64,000 nucleotides of DNA from positions 3,222,956 through 3,286,955 of the forward strand of contig OY282494.1 of assembly GCA_958296385.1 (NCBI GenBank), given 5' to 3'. Under the pieces are notes generated by a model that made no database searches, had not been told where the DNA came from, and saw only the letters and a program-made list of their open reading frames with translations. Source of the stretch: an uncultured Dehalococcoidia bacterium. Its GTDB lineage: Bacteria; Chloroflexota; Dehalococcoidia; Lucifugimonadales; UBA3495. This document shows, one piece after another, positions 16,935 through 25,743 of this stretch. Both the position numbers and the translations under genes were made by a program. Position 1 is the stretch's first letter. Every line of letters begins with the position of its first letter.

Positions 16935-18788
16935 TTACTGCGCCGGCGTGATGTACTCGGTGTGAGTAAAGCTGGCGTTGATGTTCCCCGGCCAAGCCAT
17001 CTCGCCAATCTGCGCCGGGTCAACCACCACCTGCGCCGGCAGCCAGACGATCGGCACTTCCGAGTACAGGTCAAACTTCAGGTCGCCCAGGTCGCTCAGC
17101 GCTTGGGCCTTCACCACCGGGTCAACGCTCTGCGTGGCCTTGTCGTACAGCGCGTCGGTCATCGGGTCAACCGAAGTACGCCAGAAACCGGCGTCCCCGC
17201 TGCGGTTGTAGAAACGCAGCGTGATGTCGGCCGGGCGATAGGTGCCCCGCGTCGCCGCCAGCGTGCCGTGCGTCTTGCCCGGACGATAGTACTTCGCCCG
17301 GTAGTCCGACCACTTAATGGCCTGCGACTCCACGTCAATGCCCACGTTGCTCAGGTACGTGAACGCCGCCTCGCCCATCGGAATCATCTCCGGCACGCCC
17401 GGCAGTTCCGTCAGCAGCAGGGTGAGGGTATAACCTTCCTGCCCGGCTTCCGCCAGCAGCTCCCGGGAACGTTCCGGGTCAAACCCGTACTTCTCGTCAA
17501 ACTCCGCCGTCCAGCGCGGGTTGTAGCCCGGCAGCGCGGGGTGATAGCCCCACACCGTATGCGGCCGCCCGATGCCGCCAAACAGCGCCTCGTTGATTTC
17601 GTCCCGGTCAATCGCCCGGTTGATGGCCTCCCGCACGCGGGGGTCCAGATGCGGCTCGCCGGCCTGATAGAAACAATCCTCAAACCCTTCGGCCTTGCAC
17701 GGCCCGGCTTCCTCCGGGTTGTACACGCCGCCGATGATGAACGCTACCTGGATGGACGGCAGTTCGCTCTGCAAAACCTTCAGCCCGGCATTCTGCGCGT
17801 CCGTGTGCAGCTCCCGGCTGATTTCGCCAATCTGCACCTGCTGCGTCTGCAACTGGGCCAGGCGGGTCGTTTCTTCGGGAATCAGGACGTATTCCATCTC
17901 CGACCAGAAAGGCGCGCGCCGGTAGTGGTTCGGGTTGGCGGAATAGAGGATGTTCACGTCAATCGTGCGTTCCTCAAACTGCCACGGCCCCACGCCCGTC
18001 GGATACTCGTAAGCCTCAATCCCCCCGGCGTCATACTGCGCCTTGGAGTACATGAACATATTGCCCTGCTGTGCGCCGGCAAAAAAGTCCATCAGCGAGT
18101 TGGGCGTCTTCAGGTTGAACTGCACCGTCGTGTCGTCCAGCGCCACGATGTTGGTCAGCAGCTCTTCCTGCGTGTCCCCAAACAGCCCCCGGAACAGCCC
18201 GGTGTCAGTAGCGATGGCATCCTCGCGAATCACCAGCGCCGCGCTGTGCGGCACGTCGTTGGCCGTAAAGGGCGTGCCATCGTGAAACTCGACGTCACTG
18301 CGCAGATTGAAAGTCCACTGCGTGCCGTCCTCGTTGGCCTCCCAGCTCGTCGCGATGCCCGGCACCAGCGAGCCGTCAAAGCGGTCGGTATGCACCAGCG
18401 GGTCGGTGAACGGACGCACCTGCGTGTTGGCCGACGTGGTGGTGCCCAGCCAGCTGCCCACCAGCTGCTGCACCGGCGGAATCGTCGCGATGCGCAGCCG
18501 CCCGCCGGTGGCCGCGGTTTCCTGCGCCGCGCTGGGCGTGCTGGTAGGACTCGGCGTTGCGGTAGCGACTACCGGGGTGGCAATCGGAGCCGGCGGCTCA
18601 GTGGGCGTCTCCGCTGCCGGAGCAGCGCTGGCCTGCGTCGGCGCCGCCGCCGCCGAACTTGACCCCCCGGCTGTTGAGTCCCCGGCGGGCGCCGCCGTGC
18701 TGGTATCCTCGGTGGCGCCGCCGCAGGCGACCCCCACAATCACCAGCAGCGCCGCAAGTGCGGCAAGTAGCATCGTTGGCTTGACCAA
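16935..18788 (-). CDS. ABC substrate-binding lipoprotein, family 5 (peptide/nickel type)
   Basis: TTG 18788 lies 7 nt after GGAGG. The signal peptide is (M)VKPTMLLAALAALLVIVGVACGG, followed by a Ser/Ala/Thr/Pro linker. The ~600-aa SBP_bac_5-like body follows. Confidence 0.85.
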   Translation of the reverse strand: MVKPTMLLAALAALLVIVGVACGGATEDTSTAAPAGDSTAGGSSSAAAAPTQASAAPAAETPTEPPAPIATPVVATATPSPTSTPSAAQETAATGGRLRIATIPPVQQLVGSWLGTTTSANTQVRPFTDPLVHTDRFDGSLVPGIATSWEANEDGTQWTFNLRSDVEFHDGTPFTANDVPHSAALVIREDAIATDTGLFRGLFGDTQEELLTNIVALDDTTVQFNLKTPNSLMDFFAGAQQGNMFMYSKAQYDAGGIEAYEYPTGVGPWQFEERTIDVNILYSANPNHYRRAPFWSEMEYVLIPEETTRLAQLQTQQVQIGEISRELHTDAQNAGLKVLQSELPSIQVAFIIGGVYNPEEAGPCKAEGFEDCFYQAGEPHLDPRVREAINRAIDRDEINEALFGGIGRPHTVWGYHPALPGYNPRWTAEFDEKYGFDPERSRELLAEAGQEGYTLTLLLTELPGVPEMIPMGEAAFTYLSNVGIDVESQAIKWSDYRAKYYRPGKTHGTLAATRGTYRPADITLRFYNRSGDAGFWRTSVDPMTDALYDKATQSVDPVVKAQALSDLGDLKFDLYSEVPIVWLPAQVVVDPAQIGEMAWPGNINASFTHTEYITPAQ

Positions 18789-18958
18789 TTTGGTTCCTCC
18801 ATTTATCGGATAACGCCGTCGTCGCAAAGTCCGGCCGCCAAGCTCGGCAGCACGGTAAAACCGACGGTCACACAACCGCCCGTAAAGTGCGACTACACAG
18901 GCAAGGCGGTAGTATAAATGCTGGCAATCAGTCGGTCAATACGATACGAACCGCCGGC

Positions 18959-19085
18959 GGCGTTTCATTTTGGGCGGTTTAGTTCACCTGATGTCATTCC
19001 GCCCCTCTCCCCCTAATGTCATTCTGAGCGCAGCGAAGAATCTCGATGACGTAGCAATGGCGTTGCCCCCAAAGTGCGCCTTGCC
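18959..19085 (+). repeat. solo arm plus centre of the palindromic repeat family seen in full at 53907-54132
   Basis: It contains the 32-mer AATGTCATTCTGAGCGCAGCGAAGAATCTCGA at 19015-19046. It also has flanks alignable to the full element: GCGTTTCATTTTGGGCGGTTTAG... and ...GGCGTTGCCCCCAAAGTG. Confidence 0.7.
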
Positions 19086-19112
19086 GTGCCAATCCAACCC
19101 CGGCGCCGGGTT

Positions 19113-21644
19113 TCAGCCCCGCTCCAGCGGTGCCAGCGACACCAGCAGCCGTTTCAGGCCCACGCCCCCGCCAAAGTTCACGCTGACCTGCTCGTCGTCC
19201 CCGCTGCCCTGCGCCTCCTGCACCACCCCCTCGCCAAAAGTCGGATGCCGCACAATCTCCCCCACCGCCAGCGGCACCCGCGCCGGCTGCCTGGTTTGCC
19301 CGGAGCGTCCGGATGCCCACTCCGTCAGCTTTTCATCGATGTTGCCCCGCAGCCGCCCCCGCGTAGCCGGGCCCACGGGCTGCCCGTCGCCGCTGTCCCC
19401 CAAACGAGTACGCGATTCCCGACGCCGGGTAGCGTAATCCCCCCCAATCACCGCATCCTCATTGCGGCCCGGACGGGACGGATTCAGCCCATGCTCGTTG
19501 GCCAGCGCTCCCGGCGGACGCTCCCGCGACGGCCCCGCCAGCACCTCATCAGGCACGTCTTGCAGAAAGCGCGACGGCAGCGATATTCCGCCGGACGACG
19601 GATAGCGCCGCCGGAACGCCCGCAGCAGGTAAAGCCGCTCCATCGCCCGCGTCATCCCCACGTAGCACAGCCGCCGCTCCTCCTCAATCTCCGACATCGT
19701 ATCCATCGAACGGCTGTGCGGCAGCAGCCCCTCCTCCATCCCGGCCATAATCACCACCGGAAACTCCAGCCCCTTTGACTGATGCAGCGTTATCAAGGTA
19801 AGTGCATCATCCGACTGTTCGTAGCCGTCAACGTCCGACACCAGCGAAACCCGCTCCAGAAACGCGCTGAGCCCGTCCGCCTCCGGCGATGCGCCGTAAT
19901 CCTCCGCCAGCCCCCGCAATTCCTGCAAGTTGTCCCAGCGGTCATCGCCATCATCCTCCGCCTGTATCTGCCGGGCCAGCCCCGACATATCCAGCGTCCG
20001 ATCCAGCAAATCTGCAACGGGCAATTCCCGCGCGGCATCGGTAAGCCGCGCCAGAGTTACGGACAAATCGGCAATAGACTTGGCGGCCCGTGCAGTAACG
20101 CTGACCGGGCAAGGCCGCCCCTCGGCCCGCGCGGCGGCCACCTCTCCCATCGCGGCCAGCATAGTAACGCCCCGCGTGGCGGCGTAACTGTTCAGCGCCT
20201 GCACCGTCTTTGCCCCAATCCCCCGCGCCGGCGTATTGATGATGCGCTGCAAGCTAACTTCGTCGCCGGGGTTGTAGATTACCCGCAGGTAGCAAATAAC
20301 ATCCTTGATTTCCCGACGATGATAAAAACGCGTGCCGCCCACCAGACGATAGGGCATCCCCTGCCGCATACAGGCATCCTCAAAAGCCCGGCTTTGCGCA
20401 TTGATGCGGTACATAACGGCGCAGTCCCCGGCCCGGTAATTCCCCGATTTCACCAGCCGGCTAACCTCATCCAGCGCCCACGCCGCCTCGTCCTCCTCGC
20501 TGAACGCCTCGTGCAGTGTGATTGGACGGCCAACGGCGTTGTTGGTGTACAAAGGCCGTTCAATCCGCTCCGTGTTGACGGCGATGACGCTGGCGGCGGC
20601 TTGCAATATGCTTTTAGTAGAGCGGTAATTCTCCCCCAGATTGATGACCGCAGCCCCCGGAAAATCGGACTGAAAGCTCAGAATGTTGCGGATGTCCGCA
20701 TTGCGCCAGGAGTAGATGCTCTGGTCCGGATCCCCCACCACGCACAGATTGTCATGGGCGCCGGTGAGCAAACGGGCCAGCCGGTATTGGGCAATGTTGG
20801 TGTCCTGAAACTCGTCAACCAGCAGGTAGCGGTAGCGGTCGTGGTACTGCGCCTGCACGTCGGGGCAGTTTTGCAGCAGGCTGGCCGTCCGCAGCAGCAA
20901 GTCGTCAAAATCCAGCGCATTTTGCAACGCCAGCGCTTCCTCATAATAATGATAGACGCGGGCGCAAAGTTCCATCCAGTGCGCGCCGTACTCATCCTCC
21001 GCGTAATAAGCTTCCTCCCGCATCCGCTTGGCATCCTGGAGCGCGCTCTTGGCGGCGGAGATGCGGGAGAGAATCGCCCGGGGATGGTACGTCTTGACGT
21101 TCAAATCGGCCAGCTGCATCGCCGACTTGATTGCGCTGAGCTGGTCGTCCTGGTCGTAAATCGTAAAATTAGCCCCAAGCCCCACCCGCTCCGCGTGCCG
21201 GCGCAGGATACGGGCGCACACGGCATGGAAAGTGCCCATAGTAACGTATTCGCTGCGGCTGGGCATCAGCCGATCCAGCCGCCCCCGCATCTCACGGGCC
21301 GCCTTGTTAGTAAAAGTAACCGCCAGAACCTGCCACGGCGCAACGCCGCACTCCTCCACCAGATAAGCAATGCGATGCGTAATAACGCGCGTCTTGCCCG
21401 AACCCGGCCCCGCAACAATCAGCAAAGGCCCCTGAGTATGCAAAACCGCCTCCCGCTGCGCCTCATTCAGCCCCTGCAAAACAGCCAGCCCATCGCCAGC
21501 CGCCCCCCGCTCCCCCAGCGCCCCCTCAACCACCGCCGGCGCCTCCCAATAAGGCGACGACACCGGCTCCACCCAATAAGGAGCAGATGCCGGCCCGCGC
21601 CCGTTAGAAGCGCCAGGCTCCGGAAATTGCGGCTGCAACGACAT
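19113..21644 (-). CDS. pcrA: UvrD/PcrA-type ATP-dependent DNA helicase
   Basis: Motifs seen: LLIVAGPGSGKTRVITHRIAYL (Walker A), LLVDEFQDTN, VGDPDQSIYSWRNA, VMYRINAQSR, TLHQSKGLEFPVV, and the C-terminal VRHPTFGEGVV tail. Confidence 0.9.
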   Translation of the reverse strand: MSLQPQFPEPGASNGRGPASAPYWVEPVSSPYWEAPAVVEGALGERGAAGDGLAVLQGLNEAQREAVLHTQGPLLIVAGPGSGKTRVITHRIAYLVEECGVAPWQVLAVTFTNKAAREMRGRLDRLMPSRSEYVTMGTFHAVCARILRRHAERVGLGANFTIYDQDDQLSAIKSAMQLADLNVKTYHPRAILSRISAAKSALQDAKRMREEAYYAEDEYGAHWMELCARVYHYYEEALALQNALDFDDLLLRTASLLQNCPDVQAQYHDRYRYLLVDEFQDTNIAQYRLARLLTGAHDNLCVVGDPDQSIYSWRNADIRNILSFQSDFPGAAVINLGENYRSTKSILQAAASVIAVNTERIERPLYTNNAVGRPITLHEAFSEEDEAAWALDEVSRLVKSGNYRAGDCAVMYRINAQSRAFEDACMRQGMPYRLVGGTRFYHRREIKDVICYLRVIYNPGDEVSLQRIINTPARGIGAKTVQALNSYAATRGVTMLAAMGEVAAARAEGRPCPVSVTARAAKSIADLSVTLARLTDAARELPVADLLDRTLDMSGLARQIQAEDDGDDRWDNLQELRGLAEDYGASPEADGLSAFLERVSLVSDVDGYEQSDDALTLITLHQSKGLEFPVVIMAGMEEGLLPHSRSMDTMSEIEEERRLCYVGMTRAMERLYLLRAFRRRYPSSGGISLPSRFLQDVPDEVLAGPSRERPPGALANEHGLNPSRPGRNEDAVIGGDYATRRRESRTRLGDSGDGQPVGPATRGRLRGNIDEKLTEWASGRSGQTRQPARVPLAVGEIVRHPTFGEGVVQEAQGSGDDEQVSVNFGGGVGLKRLLVSLAPLERG

Positions 21645-21747
21645 AGCGCACGGATTATAGCAGAGACGATTGCAAGACTGGCCCTTTGCCAACCCCTGTA
21701 ACGGCGGCGTACACTGATTCCAAACCGCTCCGCACGGGTGAACCGAT

Positions 21748-22095
21748 ATGACCGCGCAGATAAACTACCACGAACTGGCCTGGCTGGACGCCTACCGCCA
21801 GGCCATCCGGGAACAGCACCCGGACACCGTAGTAAAGATGATGCTTTTCAGTCACGAGGGCGTAATCGCCGAGCAGCACGAGTTCACCGACCTGAACGTG
21901 CTGCTGGTAGTCAAAGACGAAGTAGAACTCCAGCAACAAGAGGAACTCTGCTTGCTAGGCTACCGCCTCTCCAACCCCCCGGCAACCGACCCGTCAATCG
22001 ACGCCTGGACGGAAAGCGACTGGCACCGGAATAAAAAAGCCCGGTCAACCGCGCTGCGCTTGATCGAGGAACATGGAGCATCGCTGCATTTGTAA
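21748..22095 (+). CDS. hypothetical; degenerate nucleotidyltransferase-like fold
   Basis: ...VVKMMLFSHEGVIAEQHEFTDLNVLLVV... resembles the MNT/pol-beta NTase core but lacks the GS motif. Confidence 0.3.
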   Translation: MTAQINYHELAWLDAYRQAIREQHPDTVVKMMLFSHEGVIAEQHEFTDLNVLLVVKDEVELQQQEELCLLGYRLSNPPATDPSIDAWTESDWHRNKKARSTALRLIEEHGASLHL

Positions 22096-22318
22096 TCCAG
22101 GGCGTGTGCCATATTGGGATTTTGCGCCAAATTGACGCCGCTAGCAGCAAAATATAGCGCATAATATGAGGTGTAAAGCCGCCCGAATCCGCCGGTATCT
22201 GGCGGCCCAGGGCTTTACGGATGCGGAATTGGCGGTTACCCTGCCGCCATTCCCCGGCTAACGCCGGCGGACGCGGTATTGCGCCCCGGCAACGACAAGT
22301 CAAACCAGGAGGATTGCT

Positions 22319-22906
22319 ATGGTAGCCGTAAAGTACTCGCTCGAGGATTTCGTTCACGAAATGGAGGAGCTGCTGCAAAGCCAGCCCAATCAGGAAAAGA
22401 TTTTTGACCAGGGTTCCAATTCCCTGTCCCGCCTCATCGCCAACCCGGACGCCATCCCCGATCGGTTCCGGATGCCGGTAGGCGAGGGGCGGCGGGCCAA
22501 TCACGGCTCCTGGCTGCTGCACCACAACCCCGACAGCGGCCTGCTGGTTACCTCGGTAGTCTGGGGCCCCGGCGACCACGCCTCGCCCCACGACCATCGC
22601 ACCTGGGGCATGATTGGCGTCATGGACAACCTGCTGACGGAAACGCGTTTCCGCCGGGTTGACGACCACAGCAAGGATGACTGGGCCCAGCTGGAACAGG
22701 ACCGCTCCGCCACCGTCAAGCCCGGCGAAGTCAGCCTGCTGATCCCCGAAGTGGACGAAATCCACCAGATGGACAACTACACCGACCGCCCCACCGTCGA
22801 GATTCACGTGTACGGCCAGGACCTGCGCGGCCTGGAGCGGGTGCGCTACGACCTGGAAACCGGCGCCATCCGCCAGATGATGACCGAGAAGTACGACAAC
22901 TGCTAA
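22319..22906 (+). CDS. cysteine dioxygenase type I-family cupin
   Basis: AGGAGG lies 6 nt before the ATG. ...VVWGPGDHASPHDHRTWGMIGVMDN...EIHQMDN... shows the cupin His ligands. Confidence 0.75.
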   Translation: MVAVKYSLEDFVHEMEELLQSQPNQEKIFDQGSNSLSRLIANPDAIPDRFRMPVGEGRRANHGSWLLHHNPDSGLLVTSVVWGPGDHASPHDHRTWGMIGVMDNLLTETRFRRVDDHSKDDWAQLEQDRSATVKPGEVSLLIPEVDEIHQMDNYTDRPTVEIHVYGQDLRGLERVRYDLETGAIRQMMTEKYDNC

Positions 22907-23029
22907 CAGATTGTCCCCTCGGCAACGCTAACGGATTCCCGCCGGGCCAATGCCCGCCTTACGCATCGCATTGGCCCGGCAGCGCACCCCGCAGCGCCCA
23001 CCGCCCCGGAACCCACCGGCCCAAAACCG

Positions 23030-23458
23030 ATGCATGACCCCGGCCAATCCGGCTCCATATTCAACATCCCGCCAGCCCGCCGGCGCATCTACGCCGCGCT
23101 GTTCGTCCTGTTCAGCCTAATCGGCTACTGGATTGTAATATGGTACGTCACTACAACCGACGACATCGCAACCGACTCCACGCCGGCCATCCTGTACTAC
23201 ACCGTAGTGGGCCTGGCCATAGCCCACGGCGCCGCATTTGGGCTGGCGCTGGTTGCAACTGAAATCATCGGAGGTTTTATGGTAATCGGAGATTACCTGC
23301 GCGAAAAACTGCGCGAGCGGTATCTGAAACGCGAAGAGCAGGCCAGGGCCGAGGCCAACGCCAAGTGGCGGGACTGGCTCCAACGGCGCACGACCGCCCA
23401 GCAGTTGGGGCAAGAGTTCTCCGAACCGCCGCCCGACGGCGGCGATTCACCCGTATAA
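23030..23458 (+). CDS. small 2-TM membrane protein with charged helical C-terminal tail (long form)
   Basis: There are two hydrophobic segments (IYAALFVLFSLIGYWIVIWYV and ILYYTVVGLAIAHGAAFGLALVA). The tail is MVIGDYLREKLRERYLKREEQARAEANAKWRDWLQRR...SEPPPDGGDSPV. Confidence 0.5.
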   Translation: MHDPGQSGSIFNIPPARRRIYAALFVLFSLIGYWIVIWYVTTTDDIATDSTPAILYYTVVGLAIAHGAAFGLALVATEIIGGFMVIGDYLREKLRERYLKREEQARAEANAKWRDWLQRRTTAQQLGQEFSEPPPDGGDSPV

Positions 23459-23487
23459 ATCGCCAACCATTACATCGCGGAGGCCGT

Positions 23488-23682
23488 ATGGTAATTGGAG
23501 ACTACCTGCGCGAAAAACTACGTGAACATTATCTGAAACGAGGCGAAGAACGAGGTTTCGCCATCGGCAGGGCCGAGGCCAACGCCATATGGCGGGCTTG
23601 GAATGAACGCCGCGAGGCCGCCGAGTTGCTGGGGCAAGAGTTCTCCGAACCGCCGCCCGACGGTGGCGATTCGCCCGCATAA
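23488..23682 (+). CDS. truncated soluble paralog of the preceding gene (short form)
   Basis: GGAGG lies 6 nt before ATG 23488. The 64-aa product MVIGDYLREKLREHYLKRGEERGF...SEPPPDGGDSPA matches only the tail of the 23030 gene. The 3' flank CCCGTATAAATCGCCAACCATTA is repeated at 23450-23472 and 23684-23706. Confidence 0.45.
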   Translation: MVIGDYLREKLREHYLKRGEERGFAIGRAEANAIWRAWNERREAAELLGQEFSEPPPDGGDSPA

Positions 23683-23725
23683 GCCCGTATAAATCGCCAA
23701 CCATTATTATCGAGGAGATGACCCA

Positions 23726-25345
23726 ATGGCCCGACCAATTACGCCGGCCCAACTGGATGATTTGTTCAACGGCGCTGCGCCCTTTGCGCTGGTGGATGTT
23801 CGCGAGCCGGGCGAATACAACGCCAGCCACATCCCCGGCAGCAGCCTCATCCCCCGGCGGATGCTGGAGTTTGACCTGCCCGTAGCCGTCCCGCACCCGT
23901 CCTCGCTCACCCTGCTGTGCGACGACGACGGCCGGCGCGTGGCCCAGGCCGTGGCCACCGTAGAGGCCATGGGCTACTCCAACGTAGCCTGGCTGGACGG
24001 CGGCGTGAACCGCTGGATGAGCCTGGATTACCCCACCGAGTGGGGCGTCAACGTCCCCAGCAAAGACTTTGGCGAGAAGGTAGAGGTAGTGCACCACGTG
24101 CCGGAAATCGACGCCATGGAGCTGCACAACCGCATGGAACGCGGCGACAAAATGGTCATTCTCGATACCCGCACGCCGGAGGAATACCGCCGTTTCTGCA
24201 TCCCCGGCGGCCAGAGTCTGCCGGGCGGCGAGTTGGCCCTGCGCATCACCGACGTAACCGCCGACCTCGATCCGGACACCACCGTAGTAATCAACTGCGC
24301 CGGCCGCACCCGCAGCATCATCGGCACGCGCATCCTGCAACGAATGGGCCTCGACCGGGAAATAGTGGGCCTTAAGAACGGCACGTCGGGCTGGGTGCTG
24401 GCCGGCTACGAACTTGAGTCGGGCGCCGACCGGGACGAGTTGCCGCCGGTATCCTCCCCGGGCCGCGCCGCCGCCGAAGCCTACGCCGACCGCTGCGCCG
24501 CCGAGGATGGCGTCCGCTTTCTGGACGTGGCCGGGCTGGAGCAGCTGGCCGCGCGCAGCCGCCGCGAAACCGTGTACTTTATCGACGTCCGCACCGCCGA
24601 GGAATACGCCGCCGGACACATCCCCGGTTTCCGCTGGTTCCCCGGCGGGCAGTGCGTCCAGCGCAGCGACGACGTGGCAGTAGTCAAAAACGCCCCCATC
24701 GTGTTCTGCTGCGACGGCAAAGCCCGCGCCACCCTCACCGGCTCCTGGTATCGCCAGCTTGACCACGCCGAAGTGTACGCCCTGGACGGCGGCACCGCAG
24801 CGTGGACGGCCGCCGGCAAGCCCCTGGAATCGGGCAGCAGCGTAGGCGCGCGGTTTGACGGCTCCATCGGCGGCGCCGGCGAGCCGGCCATTTTGACCGA
24901 CGCCCGGCGCGCGATACCCGTAGTGTCGCCCGCGGAATTACAGTCCAACCCGCCCGACGCCATCCTGTTTGTAGATACCAGCCAGGATTTCGCCCGCGGC
25001 CACGTTCCCGGCGCCGGTTGGGTTCCCCGGGGCTGGCTGGAATGGCAGGCTGCGGAACACGTAGCATCCCCCGACGCCCGTATCGTAGTAACCTGCGGCG
25101 ATGGCCGGCAGTCGCTGCTGGCGGCGGCAACGCTGCAAGCCATGGGCTACGCCAACGTTGCCGCCCTCGACGGCGGTACGGCGGCGTGGCGTCAAGCCGG
25201 CCTGCCCCTGGAAACGGGCCTCACCGGAGTGATGCGGACGCCGGCCGACGTCGTGTTCAGCGGCCCCGACCGCACTTACGCCGATATGCAGAACTACCTG
25301 CGCTGGGAGGAACGGCTGGGCGACAAGTACGCCGCCGCCGACTAA
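23726..25345 (+). CDS. multi-domain rhodanese (sulfurtransferase) protein, about 4 rhodanese domains
   Basis: Repeated ...DVR.PEEY..GHIPG... modules are present. One has the catalytic loop CAGRTRS. Confidence 0.85.
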   Translation: MARPITPAQLDDLFNGAAPFALVDVREPGEYNASHIPGSSLIPRRMLEFDLPVAVPHPSSLTLLCDDDGRRVAQAVATVEAMGYSNVAWLDGGVNRWMSLDYPTEWGVNVPSKDFGEKVEVVHHVPEIDAMELHNRMERGDKMVILDTRTPEEYRRFCIPGGQSLPGGELALRITDVTADLDPDTTVVINCAGRTRSIIGTRILQRMGLDREIVGLKNGTSGWVLAGYELESGADRDELPPVSSPGRAAAEAYADRCAAEDGVRFLDVAGLEQLAARSRRETVYFIDVRTAEEYAAGHIPGFRWFPGGQCVQRSDDVAVVKNAPIVFCCDGKARATLTGSWYRQLDHAEVYALDGGTAAWTAAGKPLESGSSVGARFDGSIGGAGEPAILTDARRAIPVVSPAELQSNPPDAILFVDTSQDFARGHVPGAGWVPRGWLEWQAAEHVASPDARIVVTCGDGRQSLLAAATLQAMGYANVAALDGGTAAWRQAGLPLETGLTGVMRTPADVVFSGPDRTYADMQNYLRWEERLGDKYAAAD

Positions 25346-25360
25346 TCCCGGCCGGCGGAT

Positions 25361-25612
25361 TCAATTTGCCTCGGTAACCGGCACCAGGTCGCTCTCCTCT
25401 GGATTAGCCTCAATCCGGAGCGTCTGCACGATGCGGTTGTAAGCGGCCTCGGTGTCGTGGCCCTCGGCCACGTGGCGAGTACAAGCGTCCTCAGCCCGGC
25501 GGCGGTCGTCAAAAATGTCATACCACCCACACTCAGCGCAATCCACCCGCCACTCCGTGCTGCCCGTAGGCACCTGCTCGGCAATCTCCACAACAATGTG
25601 CAGCGTAGTCAT
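25361..25612 (-). CDS. hypothetical small protein
   Basis: The protein begins MTTLHIVVEIAEQVPTGSTEWRVDCAECGW... from Met35 of the track ORF. No family was recognised. Confidence 0.3.
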   Translation of the reverse strand: MTTLHIVVEIAEQVPTGSTEWRVDCAECGWYDIFDDRRRAEDACTRHVAEGHDTEAAYNRIVQTLRIEANPEESDLVPVTEAN

Positions 25613-25743
25613 CAAAATCTCCTGGCGGCAACGGTAAGATGCGATGCACCGATTGTTACGGTTTTCAGCCCACACTGTCAAACCTCCCCCCGCCATAAGC
25701 GATTTCTGCGTCATGCTGGCATGGTTAGTCAGAAATCAGGCAG

